From contig NW_002060944.1 of NCBI RefSeq assembly GCF_000150275.1, positions 1,005,232 to 1,069,231 on the forward strand: 64,000 nucleotides of DNA. The letters are read 5' to 3'. The stretch's first letter is position 1; the number at the start of each line of letters is the position of its first letter. Of the stretch, positions 54,312-64,000 are shown piece by piece. This DNA is from Trichoplax adhaerens (taxonomy: Eukaryota > Animalia > Placozoa). The translations under genes were made by a program, and so were the position numbers. The notes under the pieces were generated by a model. That model was given only the letters and a program-made list of their open reading frames with translations. It ran no database searches and was not told the DNA's origin.

Positions 54312-56250
54312 ATGACTGCCAAAATACTTGTATTATTCGACGTGGATGGCACATTAACGCCAGCTCGCAAGGTTAGCGATGATCCATTGAAGGCTGTACT
54401 ATTGTAGATTGTAGGCTTGAACAGTACAAGTACTTGCACTCTCTTGGCTAGTTGCTATCCGTCATCGATCAATCAACTCCTTCTTGACTAACTCTCTCTC
54501 CAATATTAGCTTATTGAGGATAACATGAAATGCACCCTAGAAAACCTTAAGAAACATGTTGCTGTTGGCATTGTTGGTGGATCAGATTATGGCAAAATCA
54601 AGGAACAATTGGGTGGAGAGGATAGTAAGGAAAAGATAAACTTATTTCTCTTACATGCTATCGTATGGCATGCTTGTATAGCTCGCTGTTTGTATTCTAG
54701 TCATCCAAGCTTACAAATACATGCAGTATAGGACATTAATTCAAAGATCATCAGCAGGCGACAACACTAGTACAAATGGGATCTACTATAAACAGTATAC
54801 TCTTCAGTAGTTCCGCTTGGGTTTACTTGCCAAGACAGTTATTTCAAATGGAATGAGCATTTCCGTAGAGGAGTAGAAAATTGTTTTATAGATGACTTGA
54901 ATATACCTACGTCTTTTCAGTACAACTGCCAATTTGTCAACAAGTCTTGTAACACGACTTGTAAGACTTATTACATTAGTTGGTCCTGTTTATATTGCAA
55001 TGGATATGAAGTAGGTAGTTTACAATCAATTCTATTATATGATTTCAATCCTTTCTCGCCAGTTCCCAAGTTTTATGATTATGTCTTTGCTGAAAATGGA
55101 GTTGTTGGTTATAAGAAGGGTGAATTAATAAGCGCTGAGGTCAGTCAACTTGCTATACCATGATATTGTTGGCTATTCATCAATAGTCAGTGTAGGAATA
55201 GTGGGTAAATAAATTGTTCAAAATTGACTTCTGATCCTTTTTGTAATACCTGCATAGAATATTGTCAGCTGCATCGGAGATGATAACTTACAGAAAGTCA
55301 TTAACTTTGCTTTAAAATACATGTCTGAATTGCAATTGCCTAGGAAAAGGTTGAATACCATCATGCAATAATAAATAGAGTAGACGCATATTCGTTATCG
55401 CTCTACGTCAATACATACGAGTCATATACTGTAGTACTACATAACTTAACATCACATAACAGTAGTTCATTAATTCTTGATTTGTCATTCTAGAGGTACT
55501 TTTGTTGAATTCCGCTCTAGCATGATTAATCTTTGTCCTATTGGACGCAGCTGTAGCTACGACGAAAGATTGGAATTTGTCGCTTTGGACAAGGTATCAT
55601 CAGAAACTTTGTTTGAACTTTTCTAGCTACGTGTATACAGTTTTTCTCTATGATGGTATACGAGTATTATCATACTATCATAATATACTATCATACTATC
55701 CTATTTTATATTTATCTATGACGATACAATTTCTATTAGGCTGAAAATATTCGACTCAAGTTTCTACAAGCTCTCCGAAAAGAATTTCCTGATGTTGGCC
55801 TACAATTTGCGATCGGTACACATGTTAATCCAAGGACAATTTACTTTAGGAAAATTAAAATATTATAACCACTAATCAAAATTGTTACAACTTTTTGTAC
55901 TGGACACTGACATAGGTGGGCAAATTAGTATTGATGTCTTTCCAATCGGATGGGACAAAACTTATTGCCTACGTCATATACCAGCGAATGAATTCGATCA
56001 AATTTATTTCTTTGGTGACAAAACTCAACCGGTATATAACAGTTGTTAGCGATTTAGCCTGATTGCTTTTTAAGCGAATATAATGTATCATTCAATCGAT
56101 GCTTTTAATACTAAGATAACATATTTTCGCAACGATCAGGGTGGGAACGATCACGAAATTTTTAATAGCGAACGCACAATTGGTCATACCGTTACATCGC
56201 CAGAAGATACAGTTTGCCAATTGAAAAAACTTTTCCCTCAGATCGCGTAA
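54312..56250 (+). CDS. PMM2: Phosphomannomutase (HAD-IIB, PMM1/2 family), 8 exons
   Basis: [100 protein letters not shown]. Confidence 0.97.
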
Positions 56251-57489
56251 CGTTACTTATTTAATCGTTCCCGTAATAAAAAGTTATAGTTCTCACAAGA
56301 AAGTAATTATGATACTTGCTCCAACGATCCTATACAAATGTTGCACGTACGATCTTTGCTTATTAAAGATTTTTCATGCTGTAAAAGAATTTTTGAATGA
56401 TTTGGGAAAGGATGTTTCTTCTCTGGTCGGTAGTACAAACATCTGCCCATTTTGCATTGGATAGATAAACTTTGTTGGTGTCGAAATACCTAAAATGATT
56501 ATAGAGTCTGTTCAATTTTTTTCTACCATGGATTGAAAAATGCTCATTTGGAGTACATTTAAATAAAAAAACATTTTTTTAATATTCACATTTATTGGAA
56601 ATTTGCCTAAAGGTTGCGGCTAAAGTTCATATTTAGTTCCTTGTATCTCTTTAATGGCTAATTTCTTATACGAATAAGAGGTGCTACTGTATAAATAATT
56701 ACATATCCGAACTTGTTATTCTTTTTGTCGTAATGCTATATATCCAGAGCAACTAAATGTTGGATTTCCCTATGGCTGCACTTTTTATTTTCGAATGCAC
56801 GTAAATGATCGGGAATAGCTATTATATAATACAATCGGAAGTAGCAGTCCGTCGTTAATTCCGATAATGAAATGGTAAAACAATAATGGTATCTGCGTTA
56901 GCTACAGCTTATCCTTTTGTAATATATGTACAGTACAGTACAAGTAATGAGCATGGAGAGAATTCTGAATTCCCCAGGTCAAGATTTCGCGTACTGCAAA
57001 TACATGATGCAAGAAAAATTATACGTATAGATAGCATATTATTACAATAATTATATATAATTATACGTATGATTTACCACATTATATATTCTATTACAGA
57101 CTAGTTTTAATACGTATTTTACTTTGCACTACGTTCTGGTATATTTATAAGTAGTATAATAAGAAATATACCACAAACTTGTTGTTATACCCGTAGTAAA
57201 AACACAACTTGAAATAAATTTACGCGATGCTGAATGTTATATGCTCGTTTAGATACAGCAGTCTGAAATACACGTTATACGAATATCGCCACAATGTTTC
57301 AAAAGGATATTCTAACTGTATTTATACAATTCGATATACTGATAGATGAAATTGTTGCTTTTTCAAATACTTTCAGGTATGTTAGTAATATGATGAGATG
57401 ATAGAATAATACTCTACTAAAATTTTAATCTCTATGTCATTAACAATTCGCGCGTACTATCCTAAGCTTCCATAAGCTAAGTCAGAACT

Positions 57490-60385
57490 TTAACCCAATC
57501 CAACATCAAGGGACATCATAACGAGAAATCCAACGATACAACCAATGGATGATAAACGACCATTACCACTGTACATATTGAGATTAAATAACAGAATCAA
57601 TTAGCCTGACCGGCTATTGTAAATTATTTAGAGTACTGAGTGCAGAATTTGATTGATTTACCTAGTTTGCGCTTCCGGGATAATATCATCAATGACTACA
57701 TAAATCATGGCACCAGCAGCAAAGGCTAATGAATAAGGCAAAATTGGTTCAGCTATCTGAAAGATAACGTTAAAATACTATATATGAGTCTCGATAGATA
57801 ATTTTAAGGCTAAACTTCAATTACCATAACGGCTGCAGCTCCTAATATTCCAGCTATTGGTTCTACCATTCCGCTCAGTTGTCCATACCTGTACAAATTT
57901 GAATCGTCAAATATTCTTATAATGACGTAAGGTAATTAATTCAATTCTACGTTTATTTTTAAATTGATACATTAATAATAGGAAAGTAAAAGGCTACAAA
58001 AGGTCATGAACGTATGAGTAAACCGCATACCAGAAACTTGTCCATGTTGAGAATCCCATGGCCTTAAGAGGTAGGCTTACAGCCAGTCCTTCCGGAAAGT
58101 TCTGAATGCCAATACCAATTGCTAGGTTTCTAAATTAAAAGATTGAATACAATCCTAATTCAAAGTTATCACTTTGCAAGATTTATCCAATCATCTATTG
58201 TTGCTCGATGGTTGTTATGTACTAAGCACTATAGCAAGGTGCTAGCGCTCTCAAACATTGCGTGGAGCAATTTGATAGTCAGTAACTTTGATAAATACAT
58301 TGCTGACATCAAGCGTATGTAACAATCTTCAGTAAATTATTCGTTGCGAATTTAAGAACATTTTGTATCATCGTACAGTTTATTAATTAAGGTGTCTAAT
58401 AAATACATACGTATAATACTTGGTGTGTACAGTACATAAATAGATTCGAACATATCGTGTTAACATCATTACTATGCTCTTATAATCCAGCTACTAAATC
58501 TATTACTTAATTGTTTCATTGCAATCACATACTATCTTTCTGTAACAATAGTTTTACCTAGCATTTTCAAAAGTCGCTTGCTCCGTTTTTCCAATTGCAC
58601 CAAATCCTACTCCAACAGCAAGACCCTCTACAATTTGAATGTAAAATACATTCTTCAACATGCATACTTTTACGTTTCATGATCAGAGCACATGAAATCT
58701 AGATGACTCATCTTATCTACAATTTTATTTTAATTGTACAGGTTTTGTGTATCTGTAATTGATAGTTGAAGAAAGGTCAACTTAAAATACACAGTATATC
58801 GGTAGAAGTTTTGCAAAATGGAAGAAAATTGGTGTACCTGGAATGTTGTGGACTGTTATCGCGATGACTAGTAAAATGATACGACGCCATTGAAGATTAA
58901 TCATCTCAGAATTTTTCTGGTATTCAGAATGTTGAGTTTTATTATTCTCAACTGCTTTATTATTGAGTGAACGATAGACAAGGTTACTATTATCGCTTTG
59001 GTGATGATAACGATTATTGACTTCTTCATCTTCTGCTCCTAATTCAAATCGTTCGGTGTCTTCGTTCATACTTTTACAGTACACATTTGCTAAAGCGATT
59101 TGGGGTGAAGAAATATTCTAGAAGGATTTCGAAATAGTTAGAATGACTAAATGAATTTGAACATTTAAAAGGTGATGACGATACTATACTGTACTACTAT
59201 AACGTAACTCTTTATAGAATAATAAAAAACTTATGATCGATTTTGACAACATTTGTAGAGTACGATATGATAACGGCAATAAAAACAAATTGATATGCTT
59301 CATTAAAGTTTTAAAACAAAATATTCAAACATCGCTGCCCTACCATTCTACTCATCATCATATCAGTGACACCAACAAAAGCAGCACCGAATGCGAAACC
59401 AATTCCAACGGGTATAAAAGAAAACTGGCCATCTTGGCCGTAGTGGCCGGACTTTGTAGCTAATTCTATTGCTGGCTGTAATAATGACCAAAAGGAAGCT
59501 GCCACCATAACCTGTTATAACAGTAAAATAGTCTATCGGTTATTGCTGGGCAAGTAATAAACAGTCAATATTGCTTTATAGTACGTGGTTGACGATTGAT
59601 ACAAAGAAAAAACAATTTCATGGTACTGCAGTATCCATTGTGGACAATAGAAACTGTTGCATAACTAACAAACAGAAACAGCTACCAGCCATCATAGTAT
59701 ACGATATTGCAATGCAGGTTGTTCCCTGCGAGCTTGTTATTCAAATAAGGCTAAAATGTTACATTAATCATTACAATTTGAAGAAAGTAGAATCGATATA
59801 AAAGATGAGAGAAATATAATTTTGAAGCATCATTCTAGTTACAAGTTAGAACGTGTGGAATATTAAGAAAAGATTTGGGATGGTTCATACACGTCTATAT
59901 CGTTATTTGCATCTCAAGTCGTTGTTGAACTTACTCCGGCAGCAAATCCAAGGCTACCATCTAGAACTTTTCTCTAAAACAGAAGAGAAAAAGCCTCCAA
60001 TTAGTCAAAATGGTTTCCATTCTCTATATTACACAAAGCATTTGTGCTAAAAAGGCATCACTGTGCCTAAATGAAATCATTCTCATCAAATCAGATTGAT
60101 CGGGCTATTAAGTCATAAACTTCTAGAGGTATATCTACTCGTAGAAGCCCATGGTGAAGTCAAGACACTGTACTTTGAGCTATCGTTATCCTAATACTGT
60201 ACATGGTCCATAAAAACAATAACAATTTCAAAGCAATCACTCATGAACAGGAATTCTACTGTATTCTCTAAACATACCTTGCCAGATGAAAAGACAAACA
60301 CTAATGCCGCACCAGCAGCGGTTAAACCCCATGTGAAGAGTGTGCCAAAATATGCCTGAGCTATAGGCCCATAACCTCGTATCAT
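57490..60385 (-). CDS. SLC39A11: Zinc transporter ZIP11 (GufA subfamily), multi-exon
   Basis: [137 protein letters not shown]. Confidence 0.97.
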
Positions 60386-61090
60386 GTTGATGCTTTCAAA
60401 CCTGAGTCAAGATTGGGAAAAAATTGCCTCCTTAACGGTTAAGTCGACACAGTTTGGATAGAATTTTCAGTCTTCCAGAACCAATTTGTTGTCGCTTGGG
60501 TAATAACCAATGCTCAGTGAATCGTATCAAGCGATAAATAATTAATGAAACAATTTGTTCTTGCAATTGTAATCATTGGTGATAAAATGGCCAATTTGTT
60601 TTTAGCGAGGACAGCTAAGAAACTTGACGTCGATACAGCCTATGCTAGTCTACAGTTCATATGCAAATTTCTGCAACAGAGACACTTTCCAATCTTCTCA
60701 AACAATCCAACAAGATTCTTGATTGACTAGCCAGCACAACAGCTAAAATAACATTAAAAGTATTTCCTGAAGAACAGCTCGCACAAGCTACGGTTAAAAG
60801 GCTGCCCACGAAAGCTGTTGCTGGCCACGAAATGATGATATTCATTTCCGTACTGTATCCTACTGTACCATGGACAATGGTATCCAACGTACCCTCGTCC
60901 GTCAGTCCACGACCAGGCGTATTGTCATCGACTAGATGGAAAGTAATGTCACATCATGTCACCCTTTGCGATTCAGCTGTTGCCCTGTCAGTGGTCACCA
61001 TGTTACCGTGGAACTTTTCATCATTTGCTGGCATAGAAAACAGTGAAGGTTGGATGATATCCCGAGTATCATTGCCAGGAGGAATGATGC

Positions 61091-62220
61091 CACTCATAAA
61101 AGGTTCATTCTCATTATGAAGTTGATCAAGGACTCGGGGACTCATGATATGGCCAACCAACAACATCAACGACTCGATTTCATTGCCTGATTAATTTCCT
61201 CTACTTGTGAGATAGTGTATATGTTAAGTATATATATATATACAGTAAATTAGGCGATCGATTTCATTACCTGATTAATTTACTCTACTAGTGAGATAGT
61301 GTATATGTTAAGTATATATAACATATATACAGTAAATTGATCGATCGATTTCATTACCTGATTAATTTACTCCACTTATGAGATAGTGTATATGTTAAGT
61401 ATATATACAGTAAATTAATCGATCGATTGATTAATTTACTCTACTTGTGAGATAAGGTACAGTATATATTAAGTATATATATATATATACAGTAAATTAA
61501 TCGATCGATTGATTAATTTACTCTAATTGTGAGATAGTGTATATGTTAAGTATATGCAGTATATATACACAGTAAATTAATCAATCGATTTCATTACCTG
61601 ATTAATTTACTCTACTTGTGAGATAGTGTATATGTTACATATATATATATATATATACACAGTAAATTGATCGATCGATTTCATTACCTGATTAATTTAC
61701 TCTACTTGTGAGATAGTGCATATGTTAAGTATATATGAACGGGACGGTATGCGAAATCGGTCATTTTGCAAACTGCCCGGACAAAATCATTCCTAGGAAT
61801 GGCCGTAACATATATATAACATATATACAGTAAATTAATCGATCGATTTCATTACCTGATTAATTTACTCTACTTGTGAGATAGGGCATATGTTACGTAT
61901 ATACATATACACAGTAAATTATTCGATCGATTTCATTGCCTGATTAATTTACTCTACTAGTGAGATAGTGTATATGTTACGTATATAATATATACACAGT
62001 AAATTAATCGATCGATTGATTAATTTACTCTACTTGTGAGATAGTGCATCTGTTACGTATACATATATAGAGATATATGTATAAGTATATGTGACATATA
62101 TACACTATCTCAAAAGTAGAGTAAATTAATCAGGTAACGAAATCGAGTCGATGATGCCGTCGGGTTGTATCACGATGAGTCCTTGATCAACTTCATAATG
62201 AGAATGTACCTTTAAGAGTG
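61091..62220. mobile_element. Foldback-like element: ~130-bp imperfect terminal inverted repeats enclosing 10 tandem 70-90-bp units derived from the inner TIR
   Basis: Perfect 30-bp inverted match between 61106-61135 and 62177-62206, plus an inverted match between 61171-61226 and 62092-62149. The internal unit GATTAATTTACTCTACTTGTGAGATAGTGTATATGTT occurs 10 times. Confidence 0.82.
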
Positions 62221-62612
62221 ATGTCCAAAATTGAAATGATACGTGGACCGATCACGACTGAAACCATGGATTACTAAATATAGCCGTTACTAAAATGCAA
62301 TTTCTTTCATGCTTGTCAATGTTTGATTGATGAAATAACGTTAGGACTTTAGTCTACGGGTAATGTCATGTTATAGCCTTGCTTTGTAAATTGAAGACAG
62401 GAAAGGGAGTTAAGGGATACAAGTATAGAGTGTTTATTAGTCGGGCTGTGCCGTAGGAATGCGTAGCATGCAATCCTAATGTTTGCTTGACAGTCTTCTT
62501 TCATAGTTCCTTACGCTACGCAATGATTAATTTACTGACAGTTAATACGGTATCATAGTACTAAACAGAATGTGATTGTACATGATGTTACAGGTAGAAT
62601 GGAATATTTTCC

Positions 62613-62920
62613 GATATTTCACGTCATTATAATGGCTAGTAAATTGGTGGAAATTGAACGGCATATGCTTTAACAACGTGACACGCGTACTATTGCATTA
62701 ATGCGATATTTGATGACTGGTAGTAGTATCAGTAACACGATATCCCAATATTAAGCAGAATGTAATTATGAATTACGTTAAAGGTAAAATGAAGTATTCA
62801 CAGATATTTCACATCATTATAATGCTAGTAAATTCATGGAAATTTAACGGTATATATTTTAACAGCGTGACACGCATACTATTGCATTAATATGATTTGA
62901 TGATTGACAGTAGTATCGTT
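62613..62920. repeat. Diverged direct duplication (~115-bp block, period ~191)
   Basis: GATATTTCAC.TCATTATAATG.CTAGTAAATT...CGTGACACGC.TACTATTGCATTAAT at 62613 and 62804. Confidence 0.85.
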
Positions 62921-63291
62921 AAATATAGTATACTGTAATATAATATTACGAATAATTAATTATACTTATATAAGAGTTAGATTTGCTATTTCCCTAGATA
63001 ATTTTCTTAAATAGCCGGATTTTACAAATTTTAACAATTCTACATGCAGTATATGATCACTGAGTACTGCGTAATGAACAACATCCTAGGCGTACAGGAA
63101 GGGAAGATAGCCATATTTTATAAGATTAATCAGTATTATACCCTAATACAGTCTTTTTTTACTTGCCTGTACATTAATAAGCAATATACTTTAGTGATTA
63201 AAATACTAAAGTAAAGGAATGATTAAAATGTTAATAAATACAAGAATGAACTATATGAATTGAATGATGAATAATAAATTAGCAAATCAAT

Positions 63292-64000
63292 CTAACTGAT
63301 TGAGTGCAAAAGCACAAGCATAGACAGACTGTGAAAGTAATTAGCTTGAAGGTGGTAATAGGGAACAATGGAAGAAGCCAAATAATAGAGATACATAAAA
63401 TTGTTTATCTGTTCATTGAAAGTTTCGACTACAACAGGACCATAAATTAAAATTTGACCAATAAAATTTGATGTATGAAAAAAAGTCTTATCACCATTCA
63501 AGAAACTGTCTTGCTCTGTATAATTTAATTATATCAAGAAAGGAACATTGAGACTATTTCCTGATATCTTGTAATACAGGCATCAGAATTTTTTATTGCT
63601 GTGTATTGAATTAATCTTTCACAGAAAATTCAAAACGTTGAAGGTTACGTTTGTATTCTGAAATACAACAAACCTTTCAATGCCATCCAACGCTATACAA
63701 CAATTTATAGCTACGTAAGTTATCCCAATAGGACTAATTATAAAGGTTAATTTCCTTTTATCTGTATTACACCTTTCAGTGCTATGAAAAGCAGTACAAT
63801 CATGATTGTGAATGGATTTGGATGACAAGGCTGTAGAGCTAAAATTAATGAACCGTAACAAATTAAGAAACACTTTTGTGTTTTTTTTTCTATTTAAAGG
63901 GGTTAAAGGAAGGTATTGAGGAAACAAGAAGAATGGATACATCAAAGATTAGTCATATTATATTTAACGTAGCCATAATATCATTCAATGGGTACAACTC
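63292..64000 (-). pseudogene. Possible degraded 7TM/GPCR-like coding remnant, truncated by the window end
   Basis: Hydrophobic fragments LNDIMATL, LLRFINFSSTALSS, ITYVAINCCIAL (TM3-end-like) and CLYYKI, broken by stops. Weak similarity only. Confidence 0.25.

Overview
AT-rich eukaryotic (animal) genomic DNA with short GT-AG introns. The compact organisation suggests an early-branching metazoan, probably a placozoan such as Trichoplax; this is inference, not verified. The left third holds an intronless SoxE (Sox9-like) gene with a TATA/Inr promoter and about 19.5 kb of upstream gene-poor DNA. From 24.7 to 60.4 kb lie nine closely packed genes: ASPSCR1/TUG, RPL18, LSM11, two tandem SLC25A17/PMP34 copies, an intronless bacterial-type RsmE rRNA methyltransferase, an LRR protein, PMM and SLC39A11/ZIP11. 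Most notable observations: (1) the RsmE gene is a likely horizontal acquisition that carries host-type promoter motifs; (2) a self-complementary (TACAG/CTGTA)n tract lies upstream of every gene in the 24.7-60.4 kb block (weakly at two) but not SoxE; (3) a GGGACT-terminated transposon family includes a 155-bp MITE with an 8-bp TSD and two 24-25-bp TIR-only elements with 7-bp flanking duplications; (4) a foldback-like element contains tandemly amplified hairpin units; (5) SoxE is linked to genes whose human orthologues lie near SOX8/9/10. Exon structures were read by eye and need transcript confirmation.
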